Shown here: in pieces, positions 41,115 to 50,850 of the stretch
Layout of the letters: each line of letters opens with the position of its first letter
How positions within the stretch are numbered: position 1 is the first letter of the stretch
Source of the DNA: Candidatus Babeliales bacterium
GTDB lineage: Bacteria; Babelota; Babeliae; Babelales; JANWKD01
Reading direction: 5' to 3'
Length of the DNA: 64,000 nucleotides
Assembly (NCBI GenBank): GCA_963722075.1
Contig: CAVRJM010000001.1
Span: 832,001 to 896,000 of the forward strand
Program-made: the position numbers and the translations under genes
The notes under the pieces: generated by a model
The model's input: only the letters and a program-made list of their open reading frames with translations
Databases searched by the model: none
What the model was told of the DNA's origin: nothing

Positions 41115-41505
41115 AAGCATAAGAACTTTTACAATCTTAACATCTTAAATTTTCTAATTCTTTACGAACTATCTCTAGTTGCCGATGCACACTAGGGAAC
41201 TTTACCTTGTTTGCATCACTCATAAGCTTATACAAACTTCGTTGATTATACTTTGCAAACATCATTCTTAGCTCCCTAGGGCTCATAGTAGTAAGCACTT
41301 GCTTTAATCCAAAAAGTTGCAAAATCTTTGTTGGGCTCAATTCAGGATTATTAAGAACTAAATCAACAAGCAATGCTTTATCATTGGAAGGCTTATAATC
41401 AAGCAAGGGAGGCCTCTTTGATTCAATTTCATCCAAATAATGCAAGAGCACTTTCTTTGCAATCGCGGGCTTAAATAACTTCTTAAAGGTAAGATCTGTT
41501 TTAAT

Positions 41506-42643
41506 CAGGACTTGCGCAAATAACTTAAAGATATGATCTAGGCGTATTTTAAAAAAATAATAGGCTCTCCTAAAACAACTAAATCGAAGGAGAACCTAAA
41601 TGATCATTGTTAATAATATAGCAACTTATCCATTACTTACAATCCTTACCAATATTGGGAAAAGAAGTTTTGAAAATATGGGTAAGCTCATCAAAAAAAG
41701 TGGTGACACTGTTAATCGCATGTTGCGATCAGGACGTGAAAGCCTTGAACAATCAAAAAGAATTGCCCAACAAATTTTTGCTCATAAAAAAGAGCTATTA
41801 GTAATCATAGATGAAACAACTATTAAGAAAATTTACTCCCAAATGATGGATGGTACGTGTTGGTTTTTTGACACAAAAATTGGTAGATCCATTAACGCAT
41901 ATAAATTGCTTATTAGTGCCATTTCCGATGGTAAATTTACTGTGCCAATCAATACTGTTTTTACATTTGGAAAAGAGTTTTATCAGAATCCCAAGCAAGC
42001 ATTAATAATCACGGTACAACTATTTATCATCGAAGCTCAAAAACTTTTTCCCAATGCAAGAATTATTGCAGTTTTGGATGGTGCATTTGCTTCGGTGGAA
42101 TATTTAAAATGGGCTATAGAAAATAATATTGCAACCGAAGTGCGTATGCATAGTAACCGTGTAGTTGAATATAAAGGGAAAAAAAGAAAGTTGCGTGAAA
42201 TTAAAGAAATACGCCCAAAGGGCCGGCAGATGGCTCGCACTGTAACCATTGTTTGGCATGGTCTTTCCCTTTACATTACTGCCGTAAGGCGCATTGATAA
42301 GCATGGTAATGAAACTATTGTTTACCAGGCTGCAACGTATAAAGCCACTCCAAAGCAACATGCTACTAATTATAAAAATCGTTGGGGAATAGAAAAATTA
42401 ATCAGAACTTCTAAGCAAAGCTTAGGCCTTCAAGAATGCTTTTCCAGAAAAATAGTTACGCAATTTGATCATATCTGCGCTGTCTTCTTAGCTTATTCAA
42501 TCGCTCAATTGGAAATGAAAAGAAATTCTTATAAGAATCCAGAAGCCGCTATCACAGCCTTTAAGAATAAAAATCCTTCTTCTCTAAATCGTATGTTCAC
42601 TCGATTAGATCGTTATATTGGTGCTATTTATGCGTAAGTCCTG
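41506..42643 (+). mobile_element. IS element, IS701-like (DDE)
   Basis: IRs CAGGACTTGCGCA/TGCGTAAGTCCTG; flanking direct repeat TTTAAT. Confidence 0.9.
41600..42637 (+). CDS. DDE transposase (IS701-like)
   Basis: IIDET, VLDGAF, YKNRWGIEKLIRTSKQSLG motifs. Confidence 0.9.
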   Translation: MIIVNNIATYPLLTILTNIGKRSFENMGKLIKKSGDTVNRMLRSGRESLEQSKRIAQQIFAHKKELLVIIDETTIKKIYSQMMDGTCWFFDTKIGRSINAYKLLISAISDGKFTVPINTVFTFGKEFYQNPKQALIITVQLFIIEAQKLFPNARIIAVLDGAFASVEYLKWAIENNIATEVRMHSNRVVEYKGKKRKLREIKEIRPKGRQMARTVTIVWHGLSLYITAVRRIDKHGNETIVYQAATYKATPKQHATNYKNRWGIEKLIRTSKQSLGLQECFSRKIVTQFDHICAVFLAYSIAQLEMKRNSYKNPEAAITAFKNKNPSSLNRMFTRLDRYIGAIYA

Positions 42644-43121
42644 TTTAATACCCAATTTCATAAACAGTTGTTTAATTTTCTGACGCTTATTCAATCGAAC
42701 TTCCATGCGCAAAATCTCAAACTTTTTTCTTTCCCTGAACCAGGGGAACAACGAATAAAGCAAGGCACTATCTTTATCTATCTTCTTTTGCTGCTCTTCT
42801 TTGCTTTTTCCATATCCTGAACCTTGTCATAGAAAACAATTCATATGTGTTGCAATACCACTTATAACTATGGCCATTATTACCATATTTGAGTTTGATT
42901 TGTATCAAGCGAAATCTTTATATTGAACAAAATTAATTGAAATTAAGTTGTTTAGCGGCTTACTTGCTCATCGAGCCCGATAATATATTTCGGAAATTCG
43001 AAAGATAATTAAGAACCATTAATTTTAGTTATTCGTATTTTCCAACATTGAATTTTTTTTAAATATATATATAATTATATTATTCTAATTGCTATATTAA
43101 ATGCTAGGCATAGCATAAAAA

Positions 43122-46100
43122 ATGAACCCAAAACACAAAAAAGCTTATTATTTTTTCAATAAAGGTCTGTTTATTAATCTTAATAGTTTTATTGAATTAG
43201 AAAATAGAATCTTTGAGTTACCAGATTACGAGCGAGGCGATGCATTTGAGGTATTTGCTGAAGCTTATTTTAAAACCCAAATAATTCACCAAGCCCAAGA
43301 AGTATGGCCTGAAAGCGAATTGCCAGAAAATATACGCCATAAATTAAAATTACCACCCACAGATATGGGTATAGATGGAGTTTTTCAAACACATAATGGT
43401 GAGCATCATGCTTATCAAGTAAAGTACCGAACAAACAGACTCAATCTTTTATGGGATGAACTTTCAACATTTATGGGCCTAAGTGATAAATCGGATAAGA
43501 GGGTTCTTTTTACCAATTCCAATGATATATCATATGTAATGAACGATCGTTCAAATTTTTACTCTATTAAGAGTAATGATTTAGATAAGCTTGATAAATC
43601 AGATTTCCAAGCAATAGAAAATTGGTTAAAATCTGGTTCAATAGTGCGACAAAAAAAATCACCGCTTCCCCATCAAACCGATGCAATAGATGATATTTTA
43701 CAGGAACTTAATGTTAAAAATCGTGCTACTGCAATTATGGCATGCGGTACAGGAAAAACATTAGTAGGCCTTTGGGTTGCTGAAAAAATGAATGCTCAAA
43801 CAGTTCTTGTATTATTACCTTCTCTTGCATTAGTAAAACAGACCCTTCATGATTGGGCAAGACAAAATAGTTGGAATACATTTAATTATTTATGTGTTTG
43901 TTCTGATACTACTGTTATCAATAGTGAAGATAAAACAATCTTCAAACAGCATGATTTGGATTTTCTAGTTACTACTCAAAAAGAGGCTGTTGAACAATTT
44001 CTTAACAATCAAACCATTGCTCAAAAAATTATTTTTTCAACCTATCAATCAAGCAAGATTGTTGCAGAAGCAATGCCACAAGGATTTTCATTTGACTTAG
44101 CATTATTTGATGAGGCTCATAAAACAGCATCTCGCAAAGAAGCTAATTTTGCTTTTGCTTTGCAAGACAGGAATGTATCAATAAAAAAACGATTATTTCT
44201 TACAGCAACACCTCGTCATTATAATGTAAATAAAAAAGACAAAGAAGGCGATCAACAGCTTGTTTTTTCTATGGATGACCAAGCAATATATGGCAAAGTG
44301 GCACATCAACTTTCATTAAGATCCGCCGTACAAAAAAAGCTAATATGTGATTATAAAATAATCATATCAATAGTAGATTCTGAAACGATTAATCGCGAAT
44401 TACTAAAACAAGGTGAAGTTGTTGTTGAAGGAGATATAATTAAGGCACAAAGAATTGCTAACATTTTAGCATTACAAAGTGCTGTTGAGAACTATTCAAT
44501 AAAGCGTATATTTTCATTTCATAATTCAGTACAATCAGCTAAATCATTTACAGCCACTACAAATGAAGGCGTTGGTGCATATCTTAAAGATTTTATTTCA
44601 TTGCATGTCAATGGAGGGATGTCTACTAGTAGGCGTGAAACAATTTTAAAAGAATTCGAAGAATCAGAAAAAGCTATCATTTCCAACGCACGTTGCCTTA
44701 CCGAAGGTGTTAATGTTCCTGTAGTAGATATGGTGGCATTTATATCACCTAAAAAAAGCCAAGTAGATATTATTCAAGCAACAGGAAGAGCTATGCGTAC
44801 AACTGAAGGAAAAAGTTTAGGTTATATATTGATTCCATTGTTTATGCAAAAAGCAGAAAATGAAACTATTGAAGAAGCACTTGAAAAAACTCAGTTTGAT
44901 ACCGTATGGGATATACTACAGGCTATGAAAGAACAAGATGAAAGTTTAGCTGAAATTATTGGCCAGATGAAAGAAGAACTAGGCAGAAGTCTCGGCTTCA
45001 ATGACAATAGATTGAGAGAAAGAATCGAAATTTTAGGCCCCAAATTGTGTATAGAGAAACTACGCAAATCAATAACTTCTATGATTGTTGATAAATTAGG
45101 TTCCGATTGGGATGAACGATTTGGAGAACTTGTTCGATTTAAAGAAGAAAATGGTCATTGTAATGTCCCGATTAAATTTTCTGCTAACCCTTTACTGGGA
45201 ATTTGGGTTAGTACACAACGAACACGATATAAAAAAGGAACTATTCGCTCTTATCAAATTGAGAAACTTAAATCTATTGATTTTTCTTGGGAACAATTGA
45301 AAGATGCTTTTCAGGTTCAATATGATTATCTTCTAAGATTTAGAAAAGTATATCCGCATAGATGGCCCAAGCAAAAAGAAGAATTTCCAGAAGGAAATCC
45401 GTTAGGTAGATGGTGTGCACAAAAACGTTCAAATAAAACAAATTTAGAAAAATGGAAAATTGACTTGCTTAGCATAATAGGTTTTCCTTGGAACCTATTA
45501 GATGAGTTTTTTGAAATAAGATATAATGCTTTAATTGAATTTAAAAAAAGCCACCCAAGTCGATGGCCAAATTATGATGAAAAATTTTCTAAAGACATTA
45601 AACTGCAAGTTTGGTGTGATAGTATTCGTCAAAGATATAAAAAGAAATCAATTAAAGAATGGCAAGTCAAAAAATTAAATTCGATTAATTTTCCCTGGAA
45701 TTTAGAAGAATTTTATTGGATGCAGCAGTATGAATATTTAATCGAATTTCGTAAAATTAATTCAAAGCGTTGGCCAAAAAATGATGAAGTTTTTCCTAAT
45801 GAAAATAAATTAGGCATGTGGTGTAGTACGCAACAGGATAGATTTAAAAGGAGCACTTTATTAGATTGGCAAATTAAAAGATTAAATGAGATTGCATTTC
45901 CATTTAAAAAAGAAAAACTTATGATAGCTTGGCTAAAGCAATATAACTATCTATTGGACTTTAGAAAGATTTATTGTAATCGATGGCCAACCAATATCGA
46001 ACAATATCCAAATCAAAATAAACTTGGATATTGGTGTAAACGGCAGAGATGCCAACTTAAAAATTTGGCTAATTGGCAGATTGAAAAACTTAATAAAATA

Positions 46101-46337
46101 CGTTTTCCTTGGGCAGTTGATTTAGAAAAAAAATATCAAAATAACTGGATAAAAAAGTATAATTTTTTAGTAGAGTTTAGGAAAATATTTCCTCATCGTT
46201 GGCCCAATCGTGGTGAAAAATTTCCAGGAAACAATACGCTTGGAAAATGGTGCCATGATCAAGCATATCGCAAAAATCAGTTATCTGAATGGCGAATTGA
46301 AAAATTAAATGAGATAGGTTTCCCTTGGAAAACATAA
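43122..46337 (+). CDS. Mrr-like endonuclease + SF2 (ResIII-type) helicase + six helicase-associated (HA) repeats
   Basis: RGDAFE..DMGIDG..YQVKY nuclease; MACGTGKT, DEAH, TAT, LTEGVNVP, QATGRAMR helicase; six W..QY..L..F...LG.W...QR...L..I.F.W repeats. Confidence 0.88.
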   Translation: MNPKHKKAYYFFNKGLFINLNSFIELENRIFELPDYERGDAFEVFAEAYFKTQIIHQAQEVWPESELPENIRHKLKLPPTDMGIDGVFQTHNGEHHAYQVKYRTNRLNLLWDELSTFMGLSDKSDKRVLFTNSNDISYVMNDRSNFYSIKSNDLDKLDKSDFQAIENWLKSGSIVRQKKSPLPHQTDAIDDILQELNVKNRATAIMACGTGKTLVGLWVAEKMNAQTVLVLLPSLALVKQTLHDWARQNSWNTFNYLCVCSDTTVINSEDKTIFKQHDLDFLVTTQKEAVEQFLNNQTIAQKIIFSTYQSSKIVAEAMPQGFSFDLALFDEAHKTASRKEANFAFALQDRNVSIKKRLFLTATPRHYNVNKKDKEGDQQLVFSMDDQAIYGKVAHQLSLRSAVQKKLICDYKIIISIVDSETINRELLKQGEVVVEGDIIKAQRIANILALQSAVENYSIKRIFSFHNSVQSAKSFTATTNEGVGAYLKDFISLHVNGGMSTSRRETILKEFEESEKAIISNARCLTEGVNVPVVDMVAFISPKKSQVDIIQATGRAMRTTEGKSLGYILIPLFMQKAENETIEEALEKTQFDTVWDILQAMKEQDESLAEIIGQMKEELGRSLGFNDNRLRERIEILGPKLCIEKLRKSITSMIVDKLGSDWDERFGELVRFKEENGHCNVPIKFSANPLLGIWVSTQRTRYKKGTIRSYQIEKLKSIDFSWEQLKDAFQVQYDYLLRFRKVYPHRWPKQKEEFPEGNPLGRWCAQKRSNKTNLEKWKIDLLSIIGFPWNLLDEFFEIRYNALIEFKKSHPSRWPNYDEKFSKDIKLQVWCDSIRQRYKKKSIKEWQVKKLNSINFPWNLEEFYWMQQYEYLIEFRKINSKRWPKNDEVFPNENKLGMWCSTQQDRFKRSTLLDWQIKRLNEIAFPFKKEKLMIAWLKQYNYLLDFRKIYCNRWPTNIEQYPNQNKLGYWCKRQRCQLKNLANWQIEKLNKIRFPWAVDLEKKYQNNWIKKYNFLVEFRKIFPHRWPNRGEKFPGNNTLGKWCHDQAYRKNQLSEWRIEKLNEIGFPWKT

Positions 46338-46691
46338 AAACAATTCAATAATTAATCTTATTGGTTTTTTCTCATTGAACCCTTCTGTATTCATATAAAC
46401 TATCTTGTATATATTTTTCAAAGGAATATTTTTATGAACCAACAATCTTCTATATTTAGCCATATATCTAGCAATGAAAAAAAGCAAAAATGGTTTCTTT
46501 TAATAAAAACTTTAATACAAGCTCGAATTTCAAAAGGTAATACTGATGAATCTAAGTTATTTGCTGAATTAAGAGTTTTAAAAGACTTAGTTAATAATAA
46601 TGACTATACTTTCATGTTCTACTCTTATCTGAAAATGTTATGTAACTTTTTAGTCACTATTATTTTATCCCAAAAAGAAATGTTTTTTGCA

Positions 46692-47741
46692 TTATTGAGG
46701 TTCATAAAATATGGCATCAATGCTTAGGCGCTTCTTAAAATTTTCTTTTATTTGTTCTTTAAGTTTATCCATTTCGGCATATGGCAAATCGTAAATTGTA
46801 TCTAGTTCAAGAAAAATGAATGCGCATTGTCTTTCAGATTCTTTTGCATATTGCTTTAGTTGAGGGGTAAGCTGAGTTATTCTTCTAAAAATATACTCCT
46901 TAAAAAAAATTTCAAGCTGATCTTCTGCGTAAGATAATTGATCTTCAATTGTAACGAGACCTAACTCAATTGTATCTTTTCGTTCATAATGCACATTAAC
47001 CTTATAAGGATGTTTCAACTTAATATCGTTTGAATTTCTCTTTTCATCAACAATTTGATTAATAAAATTTTTGAGATCTTTAATATGAGATTCTTCTAGA
47101 TCTTGAGGATGTGCACTATAAGAAAAATTGTGCCATGGACGCAGGCTGCCAGATTCCCAAAATCCTGGTTTTGTTTCTAAAAAGGTAATATGTCTTTTAA
47201 CGAAGGTTTTAACTGGCTCAGATTCATGAATAAATTTACACTCTACAATTACCACATCACCATCTTTAGTTGCACGAAAATCTGGCGTTTTCTTATCATC
47301 TTCTCTGGGAATTCTTTCGATACTATATCCCATATTTATGAAATGTAGCATCCCTTTTAGTTCACCGTAAAAATCGTATAGTTTATTATGAACGCCATTA
47401 ACTGTCTTATGTTTAGCAAATGGCAACAAATCAGCGCACATTTTTTTAAACTCATCTTTTCCCAACGATTCATAAATTTTTTTTAAATCTATTTCCATTT
47501 TTTCCATACGATTTTTGCAAGATAAGCCTAATTCGTTATCATTATCTGAAAGCCATAACCATTGAAAATGTGGTATAAATAACCAATCGTCACAGTCTAT
47601 GGCTGATCCATATGTTTTGATGTGCTCTTTAATAACTGGAAGATATAATTGTGAGATCAATGGGTAACATTCAGCTTTTTTTGTAAGATCGGCTATTAAT
47701 ACTTGATGATTTTGAAATATTTTTGAAGTAAAATTTCCCAT
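46692..47741 (-). CDS. Putative PD-(D/E)XK restriction-endonuclease-fold protein
   Basis: GELKG...KTPDFRA...VIVECK motif. Confidence 0.6.
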   Translation of the reverse strand: MGNFTSKIFQNHQVLIADLTKKAECYPLISQLYLPVIKEHIKTYGSAIDCDDWLFIPHFQWLWLSDNDNELGLSCKNRMEKMEIDLKKIYESLGKDEFKKMCADLLPFAKHKTVNGVHNKLYDFYGELKGMLHFINMGYSIERIPREDDKKTPDFRATKDGDVVIVECKFIHESEPVKTFVKRHITFLETKPGFWESGSLRPWHNFSYSAHPQDLEESHIKDLKNFINQIVDEKRNSNDIKLKHPYKVNVHYERKDTIELGLVTIEDQLSYAEDQLEIFFKEYIFRRITQLTPQLKQYAKESERQCAFIFLELDTIYDLPYAEMDKLKEQIKENFKKRLSIDAIFYEPQ

Positions 47742-47935
47742 ATGAATTCCAATAAAAACTACTATTTTCTTAACATAATAAGTTTATCATATTTCATAAG
47801 CCGTAATATAACTTTAATAGTTATTAACTTTAAAAAATTCGAGCAATTTGAAGATCAAGTAATTGATATTTTTAAGAATAATATAGAAAATTTGCAATAA
47901 CCCCAGCTTAAAAAATAATTTTATAAAAGATATAT

Positions 47936-48283
47936 ATGACCTCAGAAAAATTACATTATAAAATTCGTGAAAATAGAGGGCGAAGAATGAGAGAACCATT
48001 TAAGCTGGAATTTTTTGAAAAAACCGAAATATTACTTGATAACTCGCAACTCTTAAATATAAAGCAAAGCGATCTTCTTACAGATAAATTTTGCAGTATG
48101 TTTGCAAAAGGAGATGATAATAATTATGCAAAAATTATCAAAGCAAATAGCATATTGTTAGTTTCAGAAAAACTTAAGAAGTTGTTCGAAAATATGCAGG
48201 CTTCTTGCTTAATTCTCTTTCTTCGTAATGCTTATCAATTAGGAGCAATCAAAATTAATGCTCAAGATATAAAAATATCTTAA
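47936..48283 (+). CDS. Hypothetical protein (possibly a fragment)
   Basis: 115-aa ORF; no recognisable motif. Confidence 0.35.
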   Translation: MTSEKLHYKIRENRGRRMREPFKLEFFEKTEILLDNSQLLNIKQSDLLTDKFCSMFAKGDDNNYAKIIKANSILLVSEKLKKLFENMQASCLILFLRNAYQLGAIKINAQDIKIS

Positions 48284-48419
48284 ACTTGGATGGCGATACT
48301 ATTTTTATACTATCAGAAGACTTAGAAAACGGTATTGATTTGACATTCTATGAAGAGAATGGAAATACAATATATGAAGTAACAGTCTTGGGTATGATAT
48401 GGTCTGCGTTCATTACAAA

Positions 48420-48800
48420 ATATTGAATGATATTTTAATGTTCAATATTAATAAATATGAATTAATTGTTGTTGATTATAAAGCTACATCAAAAACTACA
48501 GCAGTTTCTTTGGATGCCGATTGGCAAATTGCTTATAAACGGCAAGCCGAAATTTACCAATGGCTTTTAAGAAAGAATGATTTTTCTGTTTCTAATATTG
48601 CTTATTTTGTTTATGTAATGGAAAAAACTGCGAGGGCTTTGATAAAAAACTTCTTTTTGATGTATCAGTTCTGCCTTACAATGGTAATGATGCTTGGGTA
48701 GAACCTGTAATTATTGATGCTTATAAATGTTTGCAAGCCTCTAATATTCCGCCTCTAATGGATTTTGCCAATATTGGAAAAGTATTAGAAAACATATTAA
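48420..48800 (+). pseudogene. PD-(D/E)XK nuclease (PDDEXK_1/AddB-like) C-terminal remnant
   Basis: VVDYKATS...YKRQAEIYQWLLR, then a frameshifted continuation FDVSVLPYNGNDAWVEP...FCQYW; N-terminus absent. Confidence 0.7.
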
Positions 48801-48850
48801 TTAAAATTAATTTTTATCATTTAGAAGATAAATCATAAGGTAGGTAAAAA

Positions 48851-49675
48851 ATGAATGCTCATTATGTTCCGCAATTTTATTTAAAAAAGTTTTTAGATAC
48901 CACAAAAGGACAATTGTTTGTTCTTGAGAAAAAATCTTTAAATATTAAAATGGAACCAATAAAAAAAATTTGCTCCGAGAAAGATTTTTTTCAAATAGAT
49001 GGGATTGAAGAATGCGCTAAGGGATTAGGTCTTGAGCACATAAAAGATGATCGTGGTATAAAAATAACTAAAGATTATTTTGAAAATGAGTTATCAAAAA
49101 AAGAATCACACATATCAACAATTCTAAATTTAATAATCTCATCTAATAGTTTTGACCAAATCAACAAAGAGGAATTATGGTATTTTTTAGAATGGGTAGC
49201 ATTTTTATATATAGCTAATCCTTCTACAAAATCTTTATTACAACAAAGAGACCCGCTTGGTTCTGAAACTTCGCGAAATGGAGGTATCATTTCCTGGCAT
49301 GAAAAAATTAAAATGGTTTTTTTGGCAAGAACCTGGGGATTAGCAGTAAGCAAAAAACAATTATTTACAAGCGATCGTCCAGTCGTTTTACATCAAAAAA
49401 TACAAAATCCGGTTGATTTAATTGAATTGGGAAAAACAGAAATCTATTTTCCATTATCTCCTCAACATTTACTAATAGGAAAACCTAATAACAATCTAAA
49501 ATTTGAGGCTTTAAAATTAAAAGAAGAATTGCCTGAACAAGTTAGTTCATTTGTTAACCGATTGCTTTACGATAATGCTGAGCAGAAATTATTGGCGACC
49601 AGATTAGAGGCTCTAAATGAGTTGAAAAACATGGTTAATCCATCATTAAAAATAACTTTGTACAATTTTCATTGA
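48851..49675 (+). CDS. DUF4238 domain protein
   Basis: HYVPQFYLKKF N-terminus, FTSDRPV, YFPLSP. Confidence 0.85.
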   Translation: MNAHYVPQFYLKKFLDTTKGQLFVLEKKSLNIKMEPIKKICSEKDFFQIDGIEECAKGLGLEHIKDDRGIKITKDYFENELSKKESHISTILNLIISSNSFDQINKEELWYFLEWVAFLYIANPSTKSLLQQRDPLGSETSRNGGIISWHEKIKMVFLARTWGLAVSKKQLFTSDRPVVLHQKIQNPVDLIELGKTEIYFPLSPQHLLIGKPNNNLKFEALKLKEELPEQVSSFVNRLLYDNAEQKLLATRLEALNELKNMVNPSLKITLYNFH

Positions 49676-49678
49676 AAT

Positions 49679-49866
49679 ATTTTTTAGTATTACTCTAATG
49701 TAATATTAAATGACTAAATATCAGTCTTCGCTACCAGCTTCGCCCGACATGGCAATCTTGATGTGCTGTAACATAAAATCAATGATCAAAATATTTGTTC
49801 CTGCATGTATCACTATGTGACACCAGGCATTTCTGAAGGAAATGACTGGCAGGCCAGTTTCTTTAA
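49679..49866 (+). repeat. About 190-bp module-end repeat with hairpin core, copy 3 (interior inverted)
   Basis: Core CCAGGCATTTCTGAAGGAAATGACTGG is the exact reverse complement of the copy-1 core. Confidence 0.88.
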
Positions 49867-49895
49867 GGAATTGATGGCGTAGATTGTCCATAGGA

Positions 49896-49975
49896 GTCCC
49901 TGCCCGCCATAGCTGTTTACTCCGCCATAGCTCGAAGAGCGACGGCTGGATGCTAAGCCGGTAGGTATGGATAAG
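49896..49975. repeat. Palindromic element (family B)
   Basis: CCCGCCATAGCTGTTTACTCCGCCATAGCT...GCTGGAT matches 8811-8850 and the reverse complement of 5840-5880. Confidence 0.6.
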
Positions 49976-50142
49976 TCGTAAGCGGAAGCTTAGCTTTTCT
50001 GCAATGATATTCCCATGTAGCACAATCATTTTTCCTTGGGTATGTGATAAATTCTTGAATTAACAAATGCTCGTGGATTAACATTCATTAACCCGTCAAA
50101 AATTTTTATATAAAATCTAAAAAAGTATAAAGGAGCGGTATA

Positions 50143-50721
50143 ATGAACTCTAAAAATAATAAAATTGATATAGATGTAGACATATACGCATTGCCTCTCA
50201 AACAATTAAAAGAAAATTGGAATTGGTATTTATTATTAGGAATATGCTCAGTTGTTTTCGGTACCTTCGCAGCAATTTATTCAGTTACAACAACTATTTT
50301 TTCAATGATATACATCGGCATTTTTTTGATAATTTTAGGGATTTTTGAAATAATACAATCATTCACGTTAAGTCAATGGAGTAATTTTTTTCTTCATCTA
50401 TTTCTTGGTATTTTATATGGTGTTGGAGGTATATTAATAGTATCCCATCCAACCATTAATGCTATTAGCTTAACATTATTGTTAGCTGTCTTTTTTATTG
50501 TTTCTGGTATCTTCAAAATTGTGGTACCCATTTTTAAAAAAATCCCCCATAAAGGTTGGGTCATTTTCAATGGCATTTTAACGTTAATTCTCGGGGGTCT
50601 TATTTTATATCAATGGCCCTTATCAGGTTTATGGGTAATTGGATTATTTGTTGGCTTGGAGGCAATATTTTCAGGCTGGAGTTTAATAATGTTATCATTA
50701 TTGGCAAAAAAGAACTTATAA
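50143..50721 (+). CDS. HdeD/DUF308 family membrane protein
   Basis: W.WYLLLG..., two DUF308-like repeats, WPLSGLWVIGLFVGLE. Confidence 0.88.
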   Translation: MNSKNNKIDIDVDIYALPLKQLKENWNWYLLLGICSVVFGTFAAIYSVTTTIFSMIYIGIFLIILGIFEIIQSFTLSQWSNFFLHLFLGILYGVGGILIVSHPTINAISLTLLLAVFFIVSGIFKIVVPIFKKIPHKGWVIFNGILTLILGGLILYQWPLSGLWVIGLFVGLEAIFSGWSLIMLSLLAKKNL

Positions 50722-50850
50722 TTTATAAGTTTTATAAATGTGGCTTCGCCAGCTTCTTTAAGGCAATAAATTATTTTCAGATATAAAATAAGAGCATTTT
50801 TAAAAAACCAATTGACTACTTTTTGTCTATAGATCATACTATTCGAGATA

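Larger units (their letters stand above)
41137..42925 (-). pseudogene. Replication-initiator-like (Rep_trans/Phage_CRI-type) gene remnant split by an IS
   Basis: Minus strand 42925-42644 reads ...VFYDKVQD...EILRMEVRLNKRQKIKQLF..LGIK and continues in frame as TDLTFKKLF...LLHYLDE after removing the IS and a 6-bp duplication; several frameshifts. Confidence 0.55.
36257..49866. mobile_element. tRNA-Arg-anchored genomic island made of two tandem modules
   Basis: Three copies of CACCA-hairpin-CAGGCCAGTT (36257, 39926, 49821) and about 190-bp direct repeats at the module ends; accessory and defence cargo; no integrase seen. Confidence 0.75.

Noticed and set aside
46434..46727. 97-aa plus-strand ORF
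   Set aside because: It overlaps the convergent nuclease gene end and has no motif; not supportable.
48399..48701. Cas4 of a CRISPR locus
   Set aside because: Only a broken PD-(D/E)XK fragment; no other cas genes or array.
36257..49866. Prophage or classical integron
   Set aside because: No structural phage genes, no integrase, and no per-gene attC sites; the repeats bound multi-gene modules.
49721..50029. 102-aa minus-strand ORF
   Set aside because: It spans the module-end repeat and a family-B palindrome; no recognisable protein features.
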